From positions 186,001 to 239,303 of the forward strand of contig JAPEUD010000031.1 in the NCBI GenBank assembly GCA_026026165.1: a DNA stretch of 53,303 nucleotides, read 5' to 3'. Source of the stretch: Sarea resinae. Taxonomy: Eukaryota. Position numbers and translations under genes: made by a program. Under the pieces are notes generated by a model. It was not told the origin of the DNA and did no database searches. It saw nothing but the letters and a program-made list of their open reading frames with translations. Positions 38,141 through 49,206 of this stretch are shown here, piece by piece; positions within the stretch are counted from its first letter, which is position 1; the number at the start of each line of letters is the position of its first letter.

Positions 38141-38984
38141 CTAGTAGAACTTGGAATTAGGAGGAAGACCTGCCTCCTGATCTTCTTTCTGCAGGCCGAG
38201 GACGTCAGCACTCACTTTGTGGCGAAAAGAAGGTAGAACGTGAACATACCAAAAGCGTGCCGAGATCTCGAACCTCTATGGTCTCAAGATCCATGTTGTA
38301 CTTGTTTTGTTCCGAAATTGAAAGCTCATCTGGATACGAGATTGCAACATCAAAGTCAATCCAAAGCACTCTCTCGTCTTCCTTCTTCGTTGGCGGGACA
38401 ATGACAATATTCCGAGGAAAAGGATCGTTGTGTTCCACAAATGCCAGATGCACGCGCCGAATTCCTTCAATAGCCCTCTCCATTCTCCTCTCAGAATAGT
38501 TCACGCAGTTCATCTCTTGCGGATTGTGTAGGTATTCGATCAAGATCGCATTCGGGCGACATTCGTCCTTTTTGAAGCGATCGAGATGCGGAGAAAAGGG
38601 AACTGGGTCGAAATCTTGAAGATATCCATAGAAAGTCCGGAACATAGCCCTTGATACCAGAGACTTCAGCATAGGTACTGAAGTTCTTGTAGGCATCTCG
38701 CTCGCAACGGAACCGGCACAAATCTCGACCGTCGCTGGCAAAGCCAGGATCGCCGTTTTCGTGGAACTGCAAGAGATCAACTATCAGCCATCTCATCGAA
38801 ATTGAACAGCTTCTGAGGTGCGTGAGCATACCACTTTCAGAACACACTTTTGCTCTCTCCATGAGACCAAGAAGATCATAGAAGCTTCGGATTTGTGTAG
38901 CCTCCGTATGAATTTGAACATGGATGCATCGGGCTGCAGCTTCCATGCACCTGCATCTTCCTCGCTCGCGATGAATCCGCGCAT
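38141..38984 (-). pseudogene. Fungal protein-kinase-like gene with an apparent +1 frameshift at ~38633 (pseudogene or sequencing error)
   Basis: CVLKV|FH...RFRCERDAY...GYVPDF continues in a different frame as YGYLQD...AILIEYL...HNDPFPRNIVIV...WIDFDVA. Last exon KEDQEAGLPPNSKFY*. Confidence 0.7.
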
Positions 38985-39109
38985 CAGTGTCGTCGTGTCT
39001 GTCGTAGCTGTCGTGTCTCTGACAGGTAGAAAGCCGGGATGACTAGCGTATGTAGAAGCTAGATACCTAATCGGTAGTGGGAGGTGAAAGGCCCACTGGT
39101 ACTTACCTT

Positions 39110-39380
39110 TGTAAGACAGTAGATCAGGTAGGCTGCTCGAACGCCACTGGTGGTGAGGCGCCTATCGCCTAGGGATAGACAGAACGTATAGTTTAATAGA
39201 TTGTAATTATATATAGGTTATATGCCAAGGTCCTAACATCTAACATTTAGGGCCTCTTATATAGGAGTTGCTTTAATACTCAGCAACCCTTATTACCCTG
39301 TTTATATAACCTGATTCTAGTTCTATACTATTCTGTAGCTTTCTATAGCTTTCTACCTTATACTATAGTAGTTGTAAGAA
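39110..39380. mobile_element. RIP-degenerate dispersed repeat (possible solo LTR), homologous to 51280-51585
   Basis: Shared blocks gtaggctgct, aaggt.ctaac, gagttgcttta, ttatataac, attctagttctatactattct and tatactatagtagt; many differences are C/T or G/A transitions. Confidence 0.7.
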
Positions 39381-39954
39381 ACTGCGAATAGGCAGTAGCA
39401 GCTAACTAACGCAGGGAACTGCCACAATGGCACGTTTTAGAGCACTTATAACTAAGTACGTACTGTGCACGAACTTTGGTTGCCCCTTTAGGTACGTTGA
39501 GCAGATACGTACCTCTGCCTAGAAGGATTACTCTATAGGTATTCACATAACGTTTGACGCGGGACGCCATGGGAGATCGCGCGGGTCAAAAACCCTGTTG
39601 TGTTATATTCACAGCTTGAGGGTCTTGAAATTGACAGAAGGGCAGGCTCTAGATTCCGGATCGAGAACAAGCCCATGTATGTGCGTTCTCTATGCAATCG
39701 AGTGAACGCATCAAGTGAATGCTCTCTTTAGGTATGTAGGTCTCGTGTAGGCTAAGCTATATATTGTCTCGAAGTCCCACTCTCTCATCTTGGTAACATA
39801 CTCCCATCTTCTGTTCCGTTCAGCTTAGGACTCCAATTCCACTTTCATACAAAGACCTACATGCGAATTCTTTGCGCATCAACTCTATCGATAGCATCAG
39901 CGCACTCTGTCTTGCCACAGGAGGTATAGTTTGGCCGATTTCGAACTCTAGAGA

Positions 39955-40817
39955 ATGGGTTAGACCAGTGAGCAATGCCCTTAGGGAAGTACGTCTGCTG
40001 ATCATTCCCTGCTTTAGATACGGTAGACCTTGAACCACTTCTCCGATACCTTACTGCTCAAGCACCTCCGGACATTCTGAGGCAACCTGCCCCAGAACCC
40101 GACACAGCAAGCAGCCACTATAGCTACAGTGATATCACTAGTGTCCATGCATGGCCAGAATTCAGCTTCAACGATATAATGCAGTCGTATCGAGATGTCT
40201 TGACTGGTACCCAAATCCAAGCGGATCCATTCCCCGATACCCCCCCAGGCGTCGTCGTGAATGAAAACTCCTTCAAGAGTCGTGTATATTCCTATATCTT
40301 TACACGCATTCGTCGGTCCCTTCGCGCAGGATTCACGAGCCCGTCTCTGACTCCACAACTGCAGGAACAGCGAATGACAATAACCACCATAGACGCAGAT
40401 GCAGGCAGTGAGGCGAATTCGATAGCGCATTGCAACCCAGATTTTGCATTTATCGAGAAGTACGCCCTGAATAGCGCGGGGCCAAATCGATGCCCTTGCT
40501 TTCTCAAGGTTTCTTGGAAATGGAACAGTGCTTGGAAGACCAGCCCTCCCGGAACGATGGAAGATAGGCAGTACCGCCAAGTTCTTTCCAAGGTCCTCTT
40601 CTACATGGAGCAAAATCATACTCGGTACGGGTATGTTTTGACAGATAAGGAATTGATAGCCATCAAGAGGTTACCACAGGCAGGCCATGTCGCAGTGTCC
40701 CAGTCTATACCTTATTCAAGCCGTGGGAATGATCGCCTTACTCTGCTGCTGGCGCTATGGTACTTGGGCATGTTGGCAGCCAGCGAAGACCCTCACACCG
40801 GCTGGCGGATGGAATGA
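39955..40817 (+). CDS. Fungal hypothetical protein with restriction-endonuclease-like (PD-(D/E)xK + QxxxY) pattern
   Basis: A model of ATG 39955 plus intron 39959-40017 extends the 212-aa ORF in frame (MDTVDLEPLLRYL...WPEFSF). Motifs are NPDFAF, PCFLKVSWKW, RQVLSKVLFYM, TRYGYVLTDKELIAIK and LTLLLALWYL. Confidence 0.6.
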
Positions 40818-41428
40818 TATGAGAAGCTGCTTGGCATAAATCGCCTATCACGCGTTGAGGAAGGGGTAGCATGAGTTGAAATTGCTGGATGAAGGCTTTA
40901 GTGAGAATCAATACTCGCGCCGTTCAGAATGAGTGTCTTTAACCGGCTAGTGCTTCCCATATATGGTAGTAGCAATTCGCGGCAACTGTCTTCGAACGAA
41001 AATGCAGATAGGCTCCATATCCTGATCGGCATTGATTTGTATAGTGTAGGGGTCCTTTTCTCCCGCCATTACCCAACTTATCAGACCTGCTCCAGTGTAA
41101 CATTTCTAGTTTCCGCTCGCTGCTTAGTTATGTAAGTTGTTGTAGTGATGATTTGACACCAGCCCCTAAAATTAGATGTTCTCGGCGATAGAGTATCCGC
41201 AACCCAAATTATGAAATGTGATAGTATAACCCTGCGAAGCTTTAGTTGTAGTGTAAATCAAGATGGCAGGTTACTGGCTCGGTAACCTGCAGCAACCTGC
41301 AGCGTCACCATTAGGGCAATCGCGGGGTCAATATAAGGAGACCCAATATATAATTTCATTCAACAGCTGTCAGTCGAGATAAATGTGACCGCAAGTACAA
41401 ATTTGAACACTTTCAAGCTTCTATCATA

Positions 41429-44224
41429 ATGTCAGAATCATTTACATGGGATCATTCTCCGTTAGATCAAAGAGAATTTGTCGCTCTCGCAAATCTTCTT
41501 CGATGCACCGGCAAAATTCAAGACCTATCCACGTCTCATAGCAGCGAAGACGTTGACAATGACACAGCGAGCATCGACACGACTCTTTCTCGTCAACTGT
41601 CAGATTCCGGATTTGTGGAATTGAAACGTGGCTTTCTCGATCATTTGGCCGAGTTCGCGTCGAAAAGGAAAGGGCCTCAAATGGTCACTGCCTGTGCTAT
41701 GAGTGAGAGCGAAGAAGAAACAACAATATGGATCAGAAGGAATGGCAAATCTGATGAAACAGACCGTATGGTTTTTGAGGCTCTTACAAAAACTCTAGCC
41801 GACATGTCTCAGGCTGCACACGCGCGCGGTAGGCCCTTGTTTCCCTTCACGAACAACCAATATCATGCGTATACTAACTCTCTTAAATAGACACAAAGCT
41901 ACAGGAGACTCTCACCCAGGATCTATGGCAACGAATGCTCCAGTACTACGGCGATCGCATCCAAGATACGTACATACCGAGGGTCATATCGGGCTTCGTT
42001 AGCACAGACAAGCTATCTCAACAAGATGGTCATGCAAGCAATGGATATGGTGATGATAGACTTCATCAGCTTCGTTGTCTCTGTATGAGACAACGGCAAT
42101 GCCCTAAGTCAACGATCTCAAGTCACGATGCCATCGTCTTGAATGCATACAGCATTCGAGAATGCAGCCATCTGAAAGACTATATGACGAAGAACAATAT
42201 GATTTCAGAAGAAGTACACAAACTATGGGTCTCTATTGGCTTCCTTGCAAGGATTCGGACAGCCCACTATTACTTCATTACCATGGCGTTAAATGTTCTT
42301 TGTTCGCAGAGGATAAAGATAACATGGGTGACTCAAGACAAGAGCCAACACAAGCCACCTTCACCGCCTTGGTCACTAGAGCAGACACTAAGGCTCCTGA
42401 AAAGAAACGAGAGTACTTCGAGCATTGCTGTCATGATCCAAAAGGAGGGCCTTTCAAAAGTCAGGAAAACCTTTAAGAGGTATCAAAAGCAAGAGCTTCA
42501 CGTCCATGCTGAGGTAGCCTTAGCGTTGTTCTTAGAGACAGAAGGAAGTTCAGCAGATGTATTCGCGTATATCGGATGCAGTAAGCTTAGTTGCTCTATG
42601 TGTGGAAGCTTTCTACAAAGCTATGGCCAATTCCAAACACGTGGATGCCACAACAATTTATATACCCTTTGGACCGTGCCAGACACAAGTGGACTGCCGG
42701 CCAAAGCATCGGAGAGAATAACAAAAGCGCTCACATCAACTCGTGCAGAAATCTTATCGAAGCTACAAGCCCCTTTGCTGAAAGCAGATGCTTGCGCTGA
42801 GTCGTCCATTGGACCGAGTATCACCAATATCCCACTAAGACCTCGCTCAGAAGACCCTCAAATCAAAGAGTATGTGCGTAAGGAAAATGAACTCAAAAGG
42901 CAGACTTTAGCCAACTCAAGCGAGTACGTAAGATCTATCTGTCCATATCACAGCTTTCCACTCATGACACTCAGGGATCTCAATGTGCTGGACAAATCCA
43001 AAACAAAGTCAGCCGTAGTCCTATTACTTACGACTTTTACAAACCTGACTCTTATACAGTGAACGCTTCCATTATTGCAGTATCTGCAACACACCTAACG
43101 CTAAACATTGCGGAGGGTGTCATTCAAGCACTTATTGCTCTGTCGAGTGCCAGCGAATCGACTGGCCTCTACACAAGTTTCTGTGCAAATCGTGGAACAC
43201 TAAACCTGAGCGTCCCGCTCAAAACTTCAAATGCGGTATACTTTTCCCAGCGGACACTGATCTTCCGGAGCTTGTGTGGGTAGAGATGGAAACCAAGTAC
43301 GATAGTGATGATCATGTCACCTATCAGCTGCCACTGATAGGTGACTTTCTTGGAGATGACAGGCCAACTCCAGATCATCGATTAGTCAAAAGGAATGAGC
43401 GCAGAGGCTTTAACCTGGATCATACAGTGACTATTGAGTTTCGAGACAGATACCTCAAGGATGGATCAAAGTCGAATAAATGCATTGCCATCACTACAGA
43501 AGGATCAATGGCTCATGACTGGAGAGGGCCGTTTCTCGTTCTCTCTCAACCGAGCACTGATTTGCTCTGCTATACCGATGTCACTTTGCGAGATTTGAGG
43601 GTCGCGGTCGACTACTTCGTAAGGTACAGTGAGGACCGGGTACAAACTTTGGAATTCTCTGATCTAAAAGACAAAGTCCGAGGCGTCCTAATAAATTGCA
43701 TTGGCGATCAGACTGTCTTTGGGCATGATAAATATACAGCGGTTGCGGTCCCGAAGGACCACCTAGTTTTCGTGGCTTTTGAAAGCATCCCTTGCATCTC
43801 GAAAAATCTGGGGTTTCCTGTCCGGTTACGACGTTATAGACCGGACAGAGCTTGGGAAAGCTCTGGAGCAGTCAACAGGTTTGACAATCAGCCTGCTACG
43901 TTCTTGCACATGGATGCCAACCCAGGTTCTAACTCTTGGGGGTGGGTTCCACTGCAATGGCAATGCGACGTCGGCAGCGTAATCGTTGTCCGCGACGACG
44001 GGCAAGATGTCACTCCAGGCCAGGTTGAAGCATTGTGCTACTACTGTCAGCACAACCTACAGCGCGTTTTCGAAGATTCTTTAGGGGCTGGGTTTGTAGA
44101 CAGGACCAGAGATGAAGTGATGGGCTACATGACGCGGGAGAAGTTTGCAGCTTTCTTTGAAGAGTACAAAGAAGCTAGAGTCGTCGAGCAGCCAGCTTGG
44201 GTGAATGAGAAATGCCCAGTATAG
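41429..44224 (+). CDS. OTT_1508-like nucleic-acid deaminase fused to a MYND zinc finger and a C-terminal domain (~880 aa, 3-4 exons)
   Basis: Introns 41829-41890 and 43008-43059 (plus an optional in-frame one at 42924-42974) join three ORFs. Deaminase motifs are LHVHAEV and YIGCSKLSCSMC, followed by RGCH..LY..W. The MYND motif is CSIC..CGGC..YCSVECQRIDWPLHKFLC. Confidence 0.8.
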
Positions 44225-44626
44225 GCTCTTTAGCTAAAATTTTTATCCTCGGCACCCCTTGATTTGCAATGCATTCAATCATTAAAGGAAAAACATGTAA
44301 AACATCCGATCGATCGATTGACGGCTCTATCAATAGTTTCTCGAAGTGATTAGGGCTAGAAAGTATAAATAAGGATGACTACTGTGTCAATAGGGTCTGA
44401 TCCTTTCACGCGCGCTACAAACACCCCACAACCGCCTTCGAGTAACAGCTGATGACAGGTTCTCATGTTGCAAGACCACCTGTTCCGTACAAGTATATCC
44501 GAAAGCGCCAACAGAAAAGTAAAGTTCGCACCAGACAGAATCCACCACCCCGCTACTTTTATGAACGTATAGTATTGTATTGGCATCTCGATTTGCTGTC
44601 AGCACAACTATCAACTCAAGCTCAGC

Positions 44627-46003
44627 ATGAACCAAGACAGTGAGGCCTGCAAGGCCAGCGACACCATGTACATCGTCTGGAAAAGGAACTTGGAGAAACA
44701 TAATCCGAATGGGCTCGCAGCCAAGCTCGCAGCCAAACACCGAGGCGGCATACCTGTCGAAGCACTGTTCCACTCTGAGGGCGCCTTAAATCGTTGCTAC
44801 CGAGTGAAGTTCCAGGGAGGACAGGATGCACTTGTTCGGTTGCCTATACTAGGCAGAGTGGCGTTTCGCAAAGAGAAGGTTGCAGATGAGATCGCGGTCA
44901 TGGAATACCTTGCGAGGAATAGCTCGATTGCCGTCCCAAGGGTCCTCGGCAGCGGCACATGCGGAGTAGGACCGTACATGGTCATGGAGTTCGTCGAGGG
45001 GGAGCTTTTGTCGAACTATCTCAAAGCCCCATCCCCAGACCCGACTGAAGTCGAGACCTTGGATCCTAACATCAGCCTTTCCATGCTGAAGTCAGCCTAC
45101 CGGGGGATGGCTCGCATTGTGCTGGCGCTATCCAAATGCCAGTCGTCTCGCATCGGAGCGATCATTGGAGATCAAGCAGGATCTTTCTCCGTGGACAAGC
45201 GGGCAGTCACATTCAACCTCAATGAATTGGTTACGTTCGCGAATTACCCGCCTAGTGAACTACCTCAACACCCCTTCTCTACCGCTACTGATTATTTCGT
45301 ATCGCTCGCCGAAGGCCACATGCGGCACCTCGAAAATCAGCGTAACGACGCAATCGACGATGCAGTTGACTGCAGGCGAAAATATGTTGCTCGCTGCTTG
45401 TTCCTCAAGATAGCTCGGGGATTCTCGACGCGATACAACACCGAACCTTTCCGGTTGTTCTGTGATGACCTCCGTCCTGCGAACGTGATCGTTGGTGACG
45501 ACCTCAGCGTTCGCGGCGTCATTGATTGGGAGTTTTGCTACATGGCACCGGCTGAGTTCACTTTTAGTTCTCCCTGGTGGCTTTTACTGGCACATCCCGA
45601 TAATTGGGATCAAACAGAAGATAGTCTTGGGGATTTCTTTCACCACTACCTCCCTCGACAGAAGGTGTTCATTGAGGTCTTGAAGGATTGCGAAGATGAG
45701 GAAATTCAAGCTGGCAAACTCCTCCACACACAACGCCTCTCGGATGAGATGGCACAGTCTACACACAATGGGTTGTTTTGGTTTTGTCTTGCAGCGCGGT
45801 CGGGTTTCTCATTTGATGAGATTTACTGGCGTTTTATGGATCCACAGTATTACGGAAGCTTCCAGTCTCTCGAACAGCGGATCGAGCTGCTAAGCTCCGA
45901 AGAGCGCAACAATCTCGAGGAATTTGTGAAGATGAAGATGATGCAGGCCGAGGAGCGAAAGCTCGATCAATATAGGACTCTGGATGAGGTTCTCGCCTCG
46001 TGA
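44627..46003 (+). CDS. APH/phosphotransferase-family kinase-like protein (true start may lie upstream)
   Basis: GALNRCYRV, VRLPILG, EIAVMEYL..IAVPRVL, YMVMEFVEG, CDDLRPANVIV, IDWEFCY and SSPWWLLL. Confidence 0.88.
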   Translation: MNQDSEACKASDTMYIVWKRNLEKHNPNGLAAKLAAKHRGGIPVEALFHSEGALNRCYRVKFQGGQDALVRLPILGRVAFRKEKVADEIAVMEYLARNSSIAVPRVLGSGTCGVGPYMVMEFVEGELLSNYLKAPSPDPTEVETLDPNISLSMLKSAYRGMARIVLALSKCQSSRIGAIIGDQAGSFSVDKRAVTFNLNELVTFANYPPSELPQHPFSTATDYFVSLAEGHMRHLENQRNDAIDDAVDCRRKYVARCLFLKIARGFSTRYNTEPFRLFCDDLRPANVIVGDDLSVRGVIDWEFCYMAPAEFTFSSPWWLLLAHPDNWDQTEDSLGDFFHHYLPRQKVFIEVLKDCEDEEIQAGKLLHTQRLSDEMAQSTHNGLFWFCLAARSGFSFDEIYWRFMDPQYYGSFQSLEQRIELLSSEERNNLEEFVKMKMMQAEERKLDQYRTLDEVLAS

Positions 46004-46115
46004 GACACTCTTTGAAGAGAGAGGCCTGACTTGAATGACGCTTTATCGACAATGCGTGTGGTATATAGATATGCTAGTGAAGGGTTATATTGTCCAGTTT
46101 ATATGGTAAAGTAGA

Positions 46116-47045
46116 TCATCCTACTTCCTTGAATTGAATGCGAGTCTCTGATTGGGCAGCCATGCCATCAAGCCAGCCGTTGACCAAATTCGTGCTTCGC
46201 TGTTCCATCTTCGACGGGCTACTATCCGGCAGATAGCCTATGCTCATCTGGTAAATAGCAATTCTGCGACGCTCACTGCCAGCGCAATAATCCAAACGCC
46301 TGCCCTCGGCCAAGTCTCGCGCCTCAGCTTCTTCCCACACCTCCTCGTACTTCACCCTTAGGTCCTTCTCATAATTGAAGTTTTCGGGAATTGTGATATT
46401 TTCCCAGTCGCACTCTTCGATCCTGATATTGTGCTTTGGCCTCTCTACACCAACGAGCTCGATACTATCATCCGTGCCCCAGATTGGCGACACCTCCTTT
46501 AGCTGTTCACGCCCCAGCTCGACCAGACGCTCTAGGCCCTTTTGACTCCAGATCCACGATTCGCTATGGAGGATTGCTAGATAGCGTAATTTGCACGGAT
46601 CGATCCCTGTCGGACCAACTCTCGGCTCTCCCTTTTTCGCGGCGCCTCCGGTGGTTAAGACAGCGTCAACATCAACGTCGCCGACCTCTTCTCCAAAATA
46701 AATGGTGTCTTTCGAATAGTCGAACCAGCATCCTAGATCTAGCCATTGGTAGGTCATCCGCGCCTCGGTGCGCGCCTCGTGATTCACGTGCAGTGTCGGC
46801 GGAAGCTTGCGTGCGTTCGGCGTAATCGTATGCCAGCCCTTGGGGCTGATTGGTCGCCTATCAATTGGTCCGTAGAGGTCCGAGAATGCTTGCAGGAGGC
46901 TTGAAGATCGCAGCGAAACTTCGATGACGCGGCTGGGGAGGTGCAGATTGGCCAGTGACCAGATTGAGATACGGATTTCGGCGGGGAGAAGGCCAAATTG
47001 CGGAAACGATGACAGAGCCGTCATCTTTGAGTCGTGTGCCGTCAA
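46116..47045 (-). CDS. 2EXR-domain protein
   Basis: FPQFGLLPAEIRISIWSLA...RVIEV...PPTLHVNHEAR...WFDYSKDTIYF is the 2EXR signature; 309-aa ORF. Confidence 0.85.
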   Translation of the reverse strand: MTAHDSKMTALSSFPQFGLLPAEIRISIWSLANLHLPSRVIEVSLRSSSLLQAFSDLYGPIDRRPISPKGWHTITPNARKLPPTLHVNHEARTEARMTYQWLDLGCWFDYSKDTIYFGEEVGDVDVDAVLTTGGAAKKGEPRVGPTGIDPCKLRYLAILHSESWIWSQKGLERLVELGREQLKEVSPIWGTDDSIELVGVERPKHNIRIEECDWENITIPENFNYEKDLRVKYEEVWEEAEARDLAEGRRLDYCAGSERRRIAIYQMSIGYLPDSSPSKMEQRSTNLVNGWLDGMAAQSETRIQFKEVG

Positions 47046-48110
47046 TAGGGAAACAGGAAGTTAGACGGTGGTTTGGTTGTGCTCTGGGTTGCATGCATTT
47101 GACGGTTGTGACTCACGTTTCCGCGAGAGTGCACTAATTCTTCGGATACATTTCGGAAACATTCCGGTAATTTTTGCATTTACATTCGTTCTATATCCGT
47201 TCTCTCTGTCGAGATCGTCTCTATCTTGGATTTATATGACTATCTGTACACATACAGACATGGCTCAAGCAGTTTCTCGAGATCCTTTCCCAAAGTGGAT
47301 ATGACCTCGCTTTGAGCACTGCGTGCGTTTTGCGCTACGGAAAACCCTCATTGCTAATCTACATCCTCCGAGCGATGATACTACCTGTTCGCTGGTTTCT
47401 ATTTGATCGATTAAGCTGACAGTGCTGCCTTGGATGAAGAGATCTAGTATAGCGATGTTTCCTCGAGACTTGGCAATGAAAGCGCGCTGGGAAAGTACTG
47501 GGCGATGGTGGAGACGGGAAAGTGCACTCCGTCTAGCACGGGATTTGGCCACAGCGAAGCGCCTGCGGGGTGGACTATGATCCCATACGGATTCCAACAT
47601 CACAGCGACTCTAGAGATGTGGGAAGATCTTCTGCAGCACATTGTGGAGATTGTGGACATGATTGAAGCGAGCCTGGAAGACGGAATGACTTATTGACGA
47701 GACGTTGGATCAATAGCATGTCCTTGGCTTCGCACGAAGGTCCCCAAAGCAAAAAGACCAAGCCTCGAGTTCATCACACCAGGCATGAGGATTCTCGGTG
47801 CTACGCTGCTTGAGGCTTTTGGCACTACTCTCCGATCACGTAGCCGAGCTGATGTCGGATTCGCGGATGTTACAACTTTGCTGTTGCAATATTTCGTCGG
47901 AGAAAATAAGCATGTCTTGCTTGAATTCCTGTCGCGATACATTTCAAGACAGGCATTGTCGCTTCTTGCTGTCTTACAGAGCAAGCATGATTTCTATTAT
48001 CGCAATGATATGTTTATAAGACTTTGAATTCTTTCAGCTATTGTTTGCTACTTTCTCTTCGCAGATTGTTCGAGAATAGATTCGCCATTCTCGCTATACA
48101 CGAATCACAA

Positions 48111-49206
48111 TTACAGTGTCACGACTAGCTTCTCGCCACTAGCAGTCTTCACCTGATCCAGAACATTAGGCAGCTCTCCTAATCCGTGTCCAACAATCCT
48201 AACCGGCAGCGGCACCCTGTACGTGCCCTCCTCTATAAGCTTGGTGAGCGACGGAACGAGCTGCATGCCACCCTGCATGTCGACAAAGGAAGCCCCGCTG
48301 ACGTCGAACTTCTTGACTCCCTCCGGCACTGGCACTGGCGCGCCGGTGACGATAGCAGCGTACTTCTTAGACCCGGTAGGGTCGAGCACGTCAGTGATGT
48401 CGGTCTGGCTGGCGCCGGCAGACACGCAGTCGATAATTACGTCGACGCCGGCGGCTCCCGGCGACGCAGACTTGATATCGGCCACGGAAGAGGGAGACTT
48501 GTAATCGAAGACGTACGTGGCGCCGAGGTCATTCACTCGCGCGTGGTGCTTTACCGAACTCGTTGCCAGAATAGGCAGCGAAGGGTAGGCCTTTCGCAGG
48601 AGTTGAATTGCGGCGGCGCCCGTGCCGGAGCTACCGCCCAGAACGAGAACTGACGAGGGCACTTGCCCCTCGGTCGACGTGCCCTGCAGGAAGGGTAGTG
48701 GGATCTTGAGGTTCTTGACGATTGCGGTGATGGCCGTGAAGAAGCAGATGCTGTTGAACTTCGGGTCAGCTCTCGCGCAAAACCCGCACGCGTTGATCTG
48801 GATATACCTACGGCAACGACGCAGCTTCCTCAAGACTGATGTTCTTGGGCTTCTTGGCCACGAAGGGCGCTGGCACCACCACGAGCTCCTGGAACGCACC
48901 GCCCCAGGAGACGGACCCAAGGCCCTCCCATGCCGCGACCTCATCGCCATGCTGCAGGTCGCGCACGTCCGAGCCCACGGCCTCGATGACGCCGGCGCCC
49001 TCGATGCCCAGCACGTGCGGCCAGCGCGCTATCATTATACCCATGTCGCGCTGCTTCATGTCGATCAGGTTGAGCGCGATAACGCGCTGCCGGATCAGCA
49101 CCTCTCCAGGAGCCAGCGTGGGCTTGGGCACGTGCACGATCTCGAGAGGGCCACCCTTTTGCTTGCACTGCAGCTGAGCGGTTGTCTCTACCGTTGTGGA
49201 TGTCAT
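48111..49206 (-). CDS. Zinc-independent MDR-family oxidoreductase (trans-enoyl reductase/LovC-like), 2 exons
   Basis: GEVLIRQRVIALNLID, VLGIEGAGVIEAVGSDV, GAFQE, SLEEAASLP| and VLVLGGSSGTGAAAIQL, LGATYVFDY, GEKLVVTL. Confidence 0.9.

Noticed and set aside
47200..48030. Protein-like fragments (WLKQFLEILSQSGYD; LEMWEDLLQHIVEIVDMIE) suggesting a decayed gene
   Set aside because: Multiple stops, no coherent model and no recognisable family; would need tBLASTx.
48111..49206. Enoyl reductase as a sign of a PKS/NRPS cluster
   Set aside because: No backbone synthase is present between here and the telomere or elsewhere in the window.
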